Shown here: positions 13,063-27,200 of the stretch, in pieces
Layout of the letters: every line of letters begins with the position of its first letter
Position numbering within the stretch: position 1 is the stretch's first letter
Source: the human T2T-CHM13v2.0 reference genome, Homo sapiens
Direction: 5' to 3' (one strand)
NCBI RefSeq assembly: GCF_009914755.1
Contig: NC_060925.1
DNA: 64,000 nucleotides
Notes under the pieces: generated by a model
Databases searched by the model: none
Told to the model about the DNA's origin: nothing
Seen by the model: only the letters and a program-made list of their open reading frames with translations
Program-made: the position numbers and the translations under genes

Positions 13063-16000
13063 CCTGAAAGCGCTCCAAATGTCCACTTGGAGACTCTACG
13101 AAAAGAATGTTTCAAAACTGCTCTATGAAAAGCAATGTTATACTCTGGGAGTTGAACACAAGCCTCACAAAGGAGTTTCTGAGAATGCTTCTGTTTACTT
13201 TTTACGTGAAGATATTCCCGTTTCCAAAGAAATCTTCACAGACTTCCACCTATCCATTTGCAGATGCTAGAAAAAGAGAGTTTCAAAACTGCTCTATCAA
13301 AAGGAATGTTCAACTCTGTGAGTTGAATGCAGTCATCACAGAGAAGTTTCTGAGAAGGCTTCTGTCTAGATTTTATGTGAAGATATACCCGTTTCGAACG
13401 AAGGCCACAAAGTGCTCCAAATATCCACTTGCAGGTCCTCCAACAAGAGTGTTTCAAACGTGAACTATCAAAGGAAGGTTCAACTCTGGACTTTGAATGC
13501 AAACGTCAGAAAGATGTTTCTGCGAAAGCTTCTGTTTAGTTAGGTGACGTTATCCCGTTTCCAACGAAATCCTCAGAGAGGTCCAAATATCCACCTGCAG
13601 ATTCTGCAAAAAGTGTGTTTCCAAACTGCTCCACCCAAAGGCATGTTCAGCTCTGTGAGTTAAACTCAATCATCACAAAGTATTTTCTGAGAATGCTTCT
13701 GTCCAGTTTTTACATGAAGCTGTTTCCTTTACTACCGTAGGCCTCAAAGCGTTCCAAATCTCCACTTGCAGATACTACGAAAAGGGCGTTTCAACCTGAA
13801 CTCACAAGGGAAGGTTCAACTCTGTCAGTTGAATGCCAACATCACAAAGAAGTTCTGGGAATGTTTCTCTTCAGTTATGTGAGTTTTATCCCGTTTCCAA
13901 CGAAATTCTCAGAGAAGTACAAATATCCACTTGCATATTCTACAAAAAGTGTGTTTTGAAAGTGCTCCATCAAAAGATATGCTCAGCTCTGTGAGTTAAA
14001 CTCAATCATCACAAAGAATTTTCTGAGAATGCTTCTGTCTTGTTTTAGGATGAAGTTATTTCCTTTACGACGATAGGCCTCAAAGAGGTCCAAATCTCCA
14101 CTTGCAGATTCTGCAGAAGGAGTGTTTCAAACCTGAACTATCAGAGAAAGGTTCAACACTGTGAGTTGAATGCAAGCATCACGAAGAAGGTTCTGAGAAT
14201 GCTTCTGTTTAGATAGGTGAGTTTTCTCCCGTATCCAACGAAATCCTCAGAGAGGTCCAAATATCCACTTGCAGATTCTACAGAAAGTGTGTTTTGAAAC
14301 TGCTCCATCCAAAGGAATGTTCAGCTCTGTGAGTTGAACTCAATCGTCACAAAGTGTTTCCTGGGAATGCTACTGTCTAGTTTTTATGGGCAGTTATATC
14401 CTCTGCTGCCATAGGCCTCAAAGCGGTCCAAATCTCCCCTTTCAGATTCTACCAAAAGTGTGTTTCCAAACGGCTCTATCAAAGGGAATGTTCAACTCTG
14501 TGACTTGAATGCAATCATCACAAAGCAGTTTCTGAGAATGCTTCCATGTAGCTTTAATGAGCAGATATTTCCTTTTCCACCCCAGGCCTCGAAGCCCTCC
14601 AAATGTCCCCTTGCAGATGCTAGAAAGAGAGGGTTTCAAAGCTGCTCTATCAAAAGGAAAGTACAACTCTGTGAGTTGAATGCAAACATCACAAAGAAGT
14701 TCCTGAGCATGCTTCCGTTTAGCTTTCATGGGAAGATTATCCCTTTTCCATCGAAATGTTCAAAGAGGTCCACATATCCCCTTGCAGATTCCACCGAAAG
14801 AGTGTCTCCAAACTGCTGTATCAAAAGGAATCTTCAACTCCGTGAGTTGAATGCAATCATCACAAAGAAGTTTCTGACAATGCTTCTCTCTAGTTTTTAT
14901 GTGAAGATATTTCCTTTTCCACCACAGGCCTGAAAGCGCTCCAAATGTCCACTTGGAGACTCTACGAAAAGAATGTTTCAAAACTGCTCTATGAAAAGCA
15001 ATGTTATACTCTGGGAGTTGAACACAAGCCTCACAAAGGACTTTCTGAGAATGCTTCTGTTTACTTTTTACGTGAAGATATTCCCGTCTCCAAAGAAATC
15101 TTCACAGACTTCCACCTATCCATTTGCAGATGCTAGAAAAAGAGAGTTTCAAAACTGCTCTATCAAAAGGAATGTTCAACTCTGTGAGTTGAATGCAGTC
15201 ATCACAGAGAAGTTTCTGAGAAGGCTTCTGTCTAGATTTTATGTGAAGATATACCCGTTTCGAACGAAGGCCACAAAGTGCTCCAAATATCCACTTGCAG
15301 GTCCTCCAACAAGAGTGTTTCAAACGTGAACTATCAAAGGAAGGTTCAACTCTGGACTTTGAATGCAAACGTCAGAAAGATGTTTCTGCGAAAGCTTCTG
15401 TTTAGTTAGGTGACGTTATCCCGTTTCCAACGAAATCCTCAGAGAGGTCCAAATATCCACCTGCAGATTCTGCAAAAAGTGTGTTTCCAAACTGCTCCAC
15501 CCAAAGGCATGTTCAGCTCTGTGAGTTAAACTCAATCATCACAAAGTATTTTCTGAGAATGCTTCTGTCCAGTTTTTACATGAAGCTGTTTCCTTTACTA
15601 CCGTAGGCCTCAAAGCGTTCCAAATCTCCACTTGCAGATACTACGAAAAGGGCGTTTCAACCTGAACTCACAAGGGAAGGTTCAACTCTGTCAGTTGAAT
15701 GCAAACATCACAAAGAAGTTCTGGGAATGTTTCTCTTCAGTTATGTGAGTTTTATCCCGTTTCCAACGAAATTCTCAGAGAAGTACAAATATCCACTTGC
15801 GTATTCTACAAAAAGTGTGTTTTGAAAGTGCTCCATCAAAAGATATGCTCAGCTCTGTGAGTTAAACTCAATCATCACAAAGAATTTTCTGAGAATGCTT
15901 CTGTCTTGTTTTAGGATGAAGTTATTTCCTTTACGACGATAGGCCTCAAAGAGGTCCAAATCTCCACTTGCAGATTCTGCAGAAGGAGTGTTTCAAACCT

Positions 16001-19000
16001 GAACTATCAGAGAAAGGTTCAACACTGTGAGTTGAATGCAAGCATCACGAAGAAGGTTCTGAGAATGCTTCTGTTTAGATAGGTGAGTTTTCTCCCGTAT
16101 CCAACGAAATCCTCAGAGAGGTCCAAATATCCACTTGCAGATTCTACAGAAAGTGTGTTTTGAAACTGCTCCATCCAAAGGAATGTTCAGCTCTGTGAGT
16201 TGAACTCAATCGTCACAAAGTGTTTCCTGGGAATGCTACTGTCTAGTTTTTATGGGCAGTTATATCCTCTGCTGCCATAGGCCTCAAAGCGGTCCAAATC
16301 TCCCCTTTCAGATTCTACCAAAAGTGTGTTTCCAAACGGCTCTATCAAAGGGAATGTTCAACTCTGTGACTTGAATGCAATCATCACAAAGCAGTTTCTG
16401 AGAATGCTTCCATGTAGCTTTTAGGAGAAGATATTTCCTTTTCCACCCCAGGCCTCGAAGCCCTCCAAATGTCCCCTTGCAGATGCTAGAAAGAGAGGGT
16501 TTCAAAGCTGCTCTATCAAAAGGAAAGTACAACTCTGTGAGTTGAATGCAAACATCACAAAGAAGCTCCTGAGCATGCTTCCGTTTAGCTTTCATGGGAA
16601 GATTATCCCTTTTCCATCGAAATGTTCAAAGAGGTCCACATATCCGCTTGCAGATTCCACCGAAAGAGTGTCTCCAAACTGCTGTATCAAAAGGAATCTT
16701 CAACTCCGTGAGTTGAATGCAATCATCACAAAGAAGTTTCTGACAATGCTTCTCTCTAGTTTTTATGTGAAGATATTTCCTTTTCCACCACAGGCCTGAA
16801 AGCGCTCCAAATGTCCACTTGGAGACTCTACGAAAAGAATGTTTCAAAACTGCTCTATGAAAAGCAATGTTATACTCTGGGAGTTGAACACAAGCCTCAC
16901 AAAGGAGTTTCTGAGAATGCTTCTGTTTACTTTTTACGTGAAGATATTCCCGTTTCCAAAGAAATCTTCACAGACTTCCACCTATCCATTTGCAGATGCT
17001 AGAAAAAGAGAGTTTCAAAACTGCTCTATCAAAAGGAATGTTCAACTCTGTGAGTTGAATGCAGTCATCACAGAGAAGTTTCTGAGAAGGCTTCTGTCTA
17101 GATTTTATGTGAAGATATACCCGTTTCGAACGAAGGCCACAAAGTGCTCCAAATATCCACTTGCAGGTCCTCCAACAAGAGTGTTTCAAACGTGAACTAT
17201 CAAAGGAAGGTTCAACTCTGGACTTTGAATGCAAACGTCAGAAAGATGTTTCTGCGAAAGCTTCTGTTTAGTTAGGTGACGTTATCCCGTTTCCAACGAA
17301 ATCCTCAGAGAGGTCCAAATATCCACCTGCAGATTCTGCAAAAAGTGTGTTTCCAAACTGCTCCACCCAAAGGCATGTTCAGCTCTGTGACTTAAACTCA
17401 ATCATCACAAAGTATTTTCTGAGAATGCTTCTGTCCAGTTTTTACATGAAGCTGTTTCCTTTACTACCGTAGGCCTCAAAGCGTTCCAAATCTCCACTTG
17501 CAGATACTACGAAAAGGGCGTTTCAACCTGAACTCACAAGGGAAGGTTCAACTCTGTCAGTTGAATGCCAACATCACAAAGAAGTTCTGGGAATGTTTCT
17601 CTTCAGTTATGTGAGTTTTATCCCGTTTCCAACGAAATTCTCAGAGAAGTACAAATATCCACTTGCATATTCTACAAAAAGTGTGTTTTGAAAGTGCTCC
17701 ATCAAAAGATATGCTCAGCTCTGTGAGTTAAACTCAATCATCACAAAGAATTTTCTGAGAATGCTTCTGTCTTGTTTTAGGATGAAGTTATTTCCTTTAC
17801 GACGATAGGCCTCAAAGAGGTCCAAATCTCCACTTGCAGATTCTGCAGAAGGAGTGTTTCAAACCTGAACTATCAGAGAAAGGTTCAACACTGTGAGTTG
17901 AATGCAAGCATCACGAAGAAGGTTCTGAGAATGCTTCTGTTTAGATAGGTGAGTTTTCTCCCGTATCCAACGAAATCCTCAGAGAGGTCCAAATATCCAC
18001 TTGCAGATTCTACAGAAAGTGTGTTTTGAAACTGCTCCATCCAAAGGAATGTTCAGCTCTGTGAGTTGAACTCAATCGTCACAAAGTGTTTCCTGGGAAT
18101 GCTACTGTCTAGTTTTTATGGGCAGTTATATCCTCTGCTGCCATAGGCCTCAAAGCGGTCCAAATCTCCCCTTTCAGATTCTACCAAAAGTGTGTTTCCA
18201 AACGGCTCTATCAAAGGGAATGTTCAACTCTGTGACTTGAATGCAATCATCACAAAGCAGTTTCTGAGAATGCTTCCATGTAGCTTTAATGAGCAGATAT
18301 TTCCTTTTCCACCCCAGGCCTCGAAGCCCTCCAAATGTCCCCTTGCAGATGCTAGAAAGAGAGGGTTTCAAAGCTGCTCTATCAAAAGGAAAGTACAACT
18401 CTGTGAGTTGAATGCAAACATCACAAAGAAGTTCCTGAGCATGCTTCCGTTTAGCTTTCATGGGAAGATTATCCCTTTTCCATCGAAATGTTCAAAGAGG
18501 TCCACATATCCCCTTGCAGATTCCACCGAAAGAGTGTCTCCAAACTGCTGTATCAAAAGGAATCTTCAACTCCGTGAGTTGAATGCAATCATCACAAAGA
18601 AGTTTCTGACAATGCTTCTCTCTAGTTTTTATGTGAAGATATTTCCTTTTCCACCACAGGCCTGAAAGCGCTCCAAATGTCCACTTGGAGACTCTACGAA
18701 AAGAATGTTTCAAAACTGCTCTATGAAAAGCAATGTTATACTCTGGGAGTTGAACACAAGCCTCACAAAGGACTTTCTGAGAATGCTTCTGTTTACTTTT
18801 TACGTGAAGATATTCCCGTCTCCAAAGAAATCTTCACAGACTTCCACCTATCCATTTGCAGATGCTAGAAAAAGAGAGTTTCAAAACTGCTCTATCAAAA
18901 GGAATGTTCAACTCTGTGAGTTGAATGCAGTCATCACAGAGAAGTTTCTGAGAAGGCTTCTGTCTAGATTTTATGTGAAGATATACCCGTTTCGAACGAA

Positions 19001-22000
19001 GGCCACAAAGTGCTCCAAATATCCACTTGCAGGTCCTCCAACAAGAGTGTTTCAAACGTGAACTATCAAAGGAAGGTTCAACTCTGGACTTTGAATGCAA
19101 ACGTCAGAAAGATGTTTCTGCGAAAGCTTCTGTTTAGTTAGGTGACGTTATCCCGTTTCCAACGAAATCCTCAGAGAGGTCCAAATATCCACCTGCAGAT
19201 TCTGCAAAAAGTGTGTTTCCAAACTGCTCCACCCAAAGGCATGTTCAGCTCTGTGAGTTAAACTCAATCATCACAAAGTATTTTCTGAGAATGCTTCTGT
19301 CCAGTTTTTACATGAAGCTGTTTCCTTTACTACCGTAGGCCTCAAAGCGTTCCAAATCTCCACTTGCAGATACTACGAAAAGGGCGTTTCAACCTGAACT
19401 CACAAGGGAAGGTTCAACTCTGTCAGTTGAATGCAAACATCACAAAGAAGTTCTGGGAATGTTTCTCTTCAGTTATGTGAGTTTTATCCCGTTTCCAACG
19501 AAATTCTCAGAGAAGTACAAATATCCACTTGCGTATTCTACAAAAAGTGTGTTTTGAAAGTGCTCCATCAAAAGATATGCTCAGCTCTGTGAGTTAAACT
19601 CAATCATCACAAAGAATTTTCTGAGAATGCTTCTGTCTTGTTTTAGGATGAAGTTATTTCCTTTACGACGATAGGCCTCAAAGAGGTCCAAATCTCCACT
19701 TGCAGATTCTGCAGAAGGAGTGTTTCAAACCTGAACTATCAGAGAAAGGTTCAACACTGTGAGTTGAATGCAAGCATCACGAAGAAGGTTCTGAGAATGC
19801 TTCTGTTTAGATAGGTGAGTTTTCTCCCGTATCCAACGAAATCCTCAGAGAGGTCCAAATATCCACTTGCAGATTCTACAGAAAGTGTGTTTTGAAACTG
19901 CTCCATCCAAAGGAATGTTCAGCTCTGTGAGTTGAACTCAATCGTCACAAAGTGTTTCCTGGGAATGCTACTGTCTAGTTTTTATGGGCAGTTATATCCT
20001 CTGCTGCCATAGGCCTCAAAGCGGTCCAAATCTCCCCTTTCAGATTCTACCAAAAGTGTGTTTCCAAACGGCTCTATCAAAGGGAATGTTCAACTCTGTG
20101 ACTTGAATGCAATCATCACAAAGCAGTTTCTGAGAATGCTTCCATGTAGCTTTTAGGAGAAGATATTTCCTTTTCCACCCCAGGCCTCGAAGCCCTCCAA
20201 ATGTCCCCTTGCAGATGCTAGAAAGAGAGGGTTTCAAAGCTGCTCTATCAAAAGGAAAGTACAACTCTGTGAGTTGAATGCAAACATCACAAAGAAGCTC
20301 CTGAGCATGCTTCCGTTTAGCTTTCATGGGAAGATTATCCCTTTTCCATCGAAATGTTCAAAGAGGTCCACATATCCGCTTGCAGATTCCACCGAAAGAG
20401 TGTTTCCAAACTGCTGTATCAAAAGGAATCTTCAACTCCGTGAGTTGAATGCAATCATCACAAAGAAGTTTCTGACAATGCTTCTCTCTAGTTTTTATGT
20501 GAAGATATTTCCTTTTCCACCACAGGCCTGAAAGCGCTCCAAATGTCCACTTGGAGACTCTACGAAAAGAATGTTTCAAAACTGCTCTATGAAAAGCAAT
20601 GTTATACTCTGGGAGTTGAACACAAGCCTCACAAAGGAGTTTCTGAGAATGCTTCTGTTTACTTTTTACGTGAAGATATTCCCGTTTCCAAAGAAATCTT
20701 CACAGACTTCCACCTATCCATTTGCAGATGCTAGAAAAAGAGAGTTTCAAAACTGCTCTATCAAAAGGAATGTTCAACTCTGTGAGTTGAATGCAGTCAT
20801 CACAGAGAAGTTTCTGAGAAGGCTTCTGTCTAGATTTTATGTGAAGATATACCCGTTTCGAACGAAGGCCACAAAGTGCTCCAAATATCCACTTGCAGGT
20901 CCTCCAACAAGAGTGTTTCAAACGTGAACTATCAAAGGAAGGTTCAACTCTGGACTTTGAATGCAAACGTCAGAAAGATGTTTCTGCGAAAGCTTCTGTT
21001 TAGTTAGGTGACGTTATCCCGTTTCCAACGAAATCCTCAGAGAGGTCCAAATATCCACCTGCAGATTCTGCAAAAAGTGTGTTTCCAAACTGCTCCACCC
21101 AAAGGCATGTTCAGCTCTGTGAGTTAAACTCAATCATCACAAAGTATTTTCTGAGAATGCTTCTGTCCAGTTTTTACATGAAGCTGTTTCCTTTACTACC
21201 GTAGGCCTCAAAGCGTTCCAAATCTCCACTTGCAGATACTACGAAAAGGGCGTTTCAACCTGAACTCACAAGGGAAGGTTCAACTCTGTCAGTTGAATGC
21301 CAACATCACAAAGAAGTTCTGGGAATGTTTCTCTTCAGTTATGTGAGTTTTATCCCGTTTCCAACGAAATTCTCAGAGAAGTACAAATATCCACTTGCAT
21401 ATTCTACAAAAAGTGTGTTTTGAAAGTGCTCCATCAAAAGATATGCTCAGCTCTGTGAGTTAAACTCAATCATCACAAAGAATTTTCTGAGAATGCTTCT
21501 GTCTTGTTTTAGGATGAAGTTATTTCCTTTACGACGATAGGCCTCAAAGAGGTCCAAATCTCCACTTGCAGATTCTGCAGAAGGAGTGTTTCAAACCTGA
21601 ACTATCAGAGAAAGGTTCAACACTGTGAGTTGAATGCAAGCATCACGAAGAAGGTTCTGAGAATGCTTCTGTTTAGATAGGTGAGTTTTCTCCCGTATCC
21701 AACGAAATCCTCAGAGAGGTCCAAATATCCACTTGCAGATTCTACAGAAAGTGTGTTTTGAAACTGCTCCATCCAAAGGAATGTTCAGCTCTGTGAGTTG
21801 AACTCAATCGTCACAAAGTGTTTCCTGGGAATGCTACTGTCTAGTTTTTATGGGCAGTTATATCCTCTGCTGCCATAGGCCTCAAAGCGGTCCAAATCTC
21901 CCCTTTCAGATTCTACCAAAAGTGTGTTTCCAAACGGCTCTATCAAAGGGAATGTTCAACTCTGTGACTTGAATGCAATCATCACAAAGCAGTTTCTGAG

Positions 22001-24258
22001 AATGCTTCCATGTAGCTTTAATGAGCAGATATTTCCTTTTCCACCCCAGGCCTCGAAGCCCTCCAAATGTCCCCTTGCAGATGCTAGAAAGAGAGGGTTT
22101 CAAAGCTGCTCTATCAAAAGGAAAGTACAACTCTGTGAGTTGAATGCAAACATCACAAAGAAGTTCCTGAGCATGCTTCCGTTTAGCTTTCATGGGAAGA
22201 TTATCCCTTTTCCATCGAAATGTTCAAAGAGGTCCACATATCCCCTTGCAGATTCCACCGAAAGAGTGTCTCCAAACTGCTGTATCAAAAGGAATCTTCA
22301 ACTCCGTGAGTTGAATGCAATCATCACAAAGAAGTTTCTGACAATGCTTCTCTCTAGTTTTTATGTGAAGATATTTCCTTTTCCACCACAGGCCTGAAAG
22401 CGCTCCAAATGTCCACTTGGAGACTCTACGAAAAGAATGTTTCAAAACTGCTCTATGAAAAGCAATGTTATACTCTGGGAGTTGAACACAAGCCTCACAA
22501 AGGACTTTCTGAGAATGCTTCTGTTTACTTTTTACGTGAAGATATTCCCGTCTCCAAAGAAATCTTCACAGACTTCCACCTATCCATTTGCAGATGCTAG
22601 AAAAAGAGAGTTTCAAAACTGCTCTATCAAAAGGAATGTTCAACTCTGTGAGTTGAATGCAGTCATCACAGAGAAGTTTCTGAGAAGGCTTCTGTCTAGA
22701 TTTTATGTGAAGATATACCCGTTTCGAACGAAGGCCACAAAGTGCTCCAAATATCCACTTGCAGGTCCTCCAACAAGAGTGTTTCAAACGTGAACTATCA
22801 AAGGAAGGTTCAACTCTGGACTTTGAATGCAAACGTCAGAAAGATGTTTCTGCGAAAGCTTCTGTTTAGTTAGGTGACGTTATCCCGTTTCCAACGAAAT
22901 CCTCAGAGAGGTCCAAATATCCACCTGCAGATTCTGCAAAAAGTGTGTTTCCAAACTGCTCCACCCAAAGGCATGTTCAGCTCTGTGAGTTAAACTCAAT
23001 CATCACAAAGTATTTTCTGAGAATGCTTCTGTCCAGTTTTTACATGAAGCTGTTTCCTTTACTACCGTAGGCCTCAAAGCGTTCCAAATCTCCACTTGCA
23101 GATACTACGAAAAGGGCGTTTCAACCTGAACTCACAAGGGAAGGTTCAACTCTGTCAGTTGAATGCAAACATCACAAAGAAGTTCTGGGAATGTTTCTCT
23201 TCAGTTATGTGAGTTTTATCCCGTTTCCAACGAAATTCTCAGAGAAGTACAAATATCCACTTGCGTATTCTACAAAAAGTGTGTTTTGAAAGTGCTCCAT
23301 CAAAAGATATGCTCAGCTCTGTGAGTTAAACTCAATCATCACAAAGAATTTTCTGAGAATGCTTCTGTCTTGTTTTAGGATGAAGTTATTTCCTTTACGA
23401 CGATAGGCCTCAAAGAGGTCCAAATCTCCACTTGCAGATTCTGCAGAAGGAGTGTTTCAAACCTGAACTATCAGAGAAAGGTTCAACACTGTGAGTTGAA
23501 TGCAAGCATCACGAAGAAGGTTCTGAGAATGCTTCTGTTTAGATAGGTGAGTTTTCTCCCGTATCCAACGAAATCCTCAGAGAGGTCCAAATATCCACTT
23601 GCAGATTCTACAGAAAGTGTGTTTTGAAACTGCTCCATCCAAAGGAATGTTCAGCTCTGTGAGTTGAACTCAATCGTCACAAAGTGTTTCCTGGGAATGC
23701 TACTGTCTAGTTTTTATGGGCAGTTATATCCTCTGCTGCCATAGGCCTCAAAGCGGTCCAAATCTCCCCTTTCAGATTCTACCAAAAGTGTGTTTCCAAA
23801 CGGCTCTATCAAAGGGAATGTTCAACTCTGTGACTTGAATGCAATCATCACAAAGCAGTTTCTGAGAATGCTTCCATGTAGCTTTTAGGAGAAGATATTT
23901 CCTTTTCCACCCCAGGCCTCGAAGCCCTCCAAATGTCCCCTTGCAGATGCTAGAAAGAGAGGGTTTCAAAGCTGCTCTATCAAAAGGAAAGTACAACTCT
24001 GTGAGTTGAATGCAAACATCACAAAGAAGCTCCTGAGCATGCTTCCGTTTAGCTTTCATGGGAAGATTATCCCTTTTCCATCGAAATGTTCAAAGAGGTC
24101 CACATATCCGCTTGCAGATTCCACCGAAAGAGTGTTTCCAAACTGCTGTATCAAAAGGAATCTTCAACTCCGTGAGTTGAATGCAATCATCACAAAGAAG
24201 TTTCTGACAATGCTTCTCTCTAGTTTTTATGTGAAGATATTTCCTTTTCCACCACAGG
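13063..24258. repeat. Super-HOR: 3732-bp (2-HOR) unit, three tandem copies (HORs 8-13)
   Basis: HORs 8, 10, 12 carry 113G, TTTAATGAGC (1491-1500), 1638T, 1718C and 1744C. HORs 9, 11, 13 carry 113C, 160C, 775A, 873G and 1638C. Confidence 0.88.
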
Positions 24259-27200
24259 CCTGAAAGCGCTCCAAATGTCCACTTGGAGACTCTACGAAAA
24301 GAATGTTTCAAAACTGCTCTATGAAAAGCAATGTTATACTCTGGGAGTTGAACACAAGCCTCACAAAGGAGTTTCTGAGAATGCTTCTGTTTACTTTTTA
24401 CGTGAAGATATTCCCGTTTCCAAAGAAATCTTCACAGACTTCCACCTATCCATTTGCAGATGCTAGAAAAAGAGAGTTTCAAAACTGCTCTATCAAAAGG
24501 AATGTTCAACTCTGTGAGTTGAATGCAGTCATCACAGAGAAGTTTCTGAGAAGGCTTCTGTCTAGATTTTATGTGAAGATATACCCGTTTCGAACGAAGG
24601 CCACAAAGTGCTCCAAATATCCACTTGCAGGTCCTCCAACAAGAGTGTTTCAAACGTGAACTATCAAAGGAAGGTTCAACTCTGGACTTTGAATGCAAAC
24701 GTCAGAAAGATGTTTCTGCGAAAGCTTCTGTTTAGTTAGGTGACGTTATCCCGTTTCCAACGAAATCCTCAGAGAGGTCCAAATATCCACCTGCAGATTC
24801 TGCAAAAAGTGTGTTTCCAAACTGCTCCACCCAAAGGCATGTTCAGCTCTGTGAGTTAAACTCAATCATCACAAAGTATTTTCTGAGAATGCTTCTGTCC
24901 AGTTTTTACATGAAGCTGTTTCCTTTACTACCGTAGGCCTCAAAGCGTTCCAAATCTCCACTTGCAGATACTACGAAAAGGGCGTTTCAACCTGAACTCA
25001 CAAGGGAAGGTTCAACTCTGTCAGTTGAATGCCAACATCACAAAGAAGTTCTGGGAATGTTTCTCTTCAGTTATGTGAGTTTTATCCCGTTTCCAACGAA
25101 ATTCTCAGAGAAGTACAAATATCCACTTGCATATTCTACAAAAAGTGTGTTTTGAAAGTGCTCCATCAAAAGATATGCTCAGCTCTGTGAGTTAAACTCA
25201 ATCATCACAAAGAATTTTCTGAGAATGCTTCTGTCTTGTTTTAGGATGAAGTTATTTCCTTTACGACGATAGGCCTCAAAGAGGTCCAAATCTCCACTTG
25301 CAGATTCTGCAGAAGGAGTGTTTCAAACCTGAACTATCAGAGAAAGGTTCAACACTGTGAGTTGAATGCAAGCATCACGAAGAAGGTTCTGAGAATGCTT
25401 CTGTTTAGATAGGTGAGTTTTCTCCCGTATCCAACGAAATCCTCAGAGAGGTCCAAATATCCACTTGCAGATTCTACAGAAAGTGTGTTTTGAAACTGCT
25501 CCATCCAAAGGAATGTTCAGCTCTGTGAGTTGAACTCAATCGTCACAAAGTGTTTCCTGGGAATGCTACTGTCTAGTTTTTATGGGCAGTTATATCCTCT
25601 GCTGCCATAGGCCTCAAAGCGGTCCAAATCTCCCCTTTCAGATTCTACCAAAAGTGTGTTTCCAAATGGCTCTATCAAAGGGAATGTTCAACTCTGTGAC
25701 TTGAATGCAATCATCACAAAGCAGTTTCTGAGAATGCTTCCATGTAGCTTTTAGGAGAAGATATTTCCTTTTCCACCCCAGGCCTCGAAGCCCTCCAAAT
25801 GTCCCCTTGCAGATGCTAGAAAGAGAGGGTTTCAAAGCTGCTCTATCAAAAGGAAAGTACAACTCTGTGAGTTGAATGCAAACATCACAAAGAAGTTCCT
25901 GAGCATGCTTCCGTTTAGCTTTCATGGGAAGATTATCCCTTTTCCATCGAAATGTTCAAAGAGGTCCACATATCCGCTTGCAGATTCCACCGAAAGAGTG
26001 TCTCCAAACTGCTGTATCAAAAGGAATCTTCAACTCCGTGAGTTGAATGCAATCATCACAAAGAAGTTTCTGACAATGCTTCTCTCTAGTTTTTATGTGA
26101 AGATATTTCCTTTTCCACCACAGGCCTGAAAGCGCTCCAAATGTCCACTTGGAGACTCTACGAAAAGAATGTTTCAAAACTGCTCTATGAAAAGCAATGT
26201 TATACTCTGGGAGTTGAACACAAGCCTCACAAAGGAGTTTCTGAGAATGCTTCTGTTTACTTTTTACGTGAAGATATTCCCGTTTCCAAAGAAATCTTCA
26301 CAGACTTCCACCTATCCATTTGCAGATGCTAGAAAAAGAGAGTTTCAAAACTGCTCTATCAAAAGGAATGTTCAACTCTGTGAGTTGAATGCAGTCATCA
26401 CAGAGAAGTTTCTGAGAAGGCTTCTGTCTAGATTTTATGTGAAGATATACCCGTTTCGAACGAAGGCCACAAAGTGCTCCAAATATCCACTTGCAGGTCC
26501 TCCAACAAGAGTGTTTCAAACGTGAACTATCAAAGGAAGGTTCAACTCTGGACTTTGAATGCAAACGTCAGAAAGATGTTTCTGCGAAAGCTTCTGTTTA
26601 GTTAGGTGACGTTATCCCGTTTCCAACGAAATCCTCAGAGAGGTCCAAATATCCACCTGCAGATTCTGCAAAAAGTGTGTTTCCAAACTGCTCCACCCAA
26701 AGGCATGTTCAGCTCTGTGAGTTAAACTCAATCATCACAAAGTATTTTCTGAGAATGCTTCTGTCCAGTTTTTACATGAAGCTGTTTCCTTTACTACCGT
26801 AGGCCTCAAAGCGTTCCAAATCTCCACTTGCAGATACTACGAAAAGGGCGTTTCAACCTGAACTCACAAGGGAAGGTTCAACTCTGTCAGTTGAATGCCA
26901 ACATCACAAAGAAGTTCTGGGAATGTTTCTCTTCAGTTATGTGAGTTTTATCCCGTTTCCAACGAAATTCTCAGAGAAGTACAAATATCCACTTGCATAT
27001 TCTACAAAAAGTGTGTTTTGAAAGTGCTCCATCAAAAGATATGCTCAGCTCTGTGAGTTAAACTCAATCATCACAAAGAATTTTCTGAGAATGCTTCTGT
27101 CTTGTTTTAGGATGAAGTTATTTCCTTTACGACGATAGGCCTCAAAGAGGTCCAAATCTCCACTTGCAGATTCTGCAGAAGGAGTGTTTCAAACCTGAAC

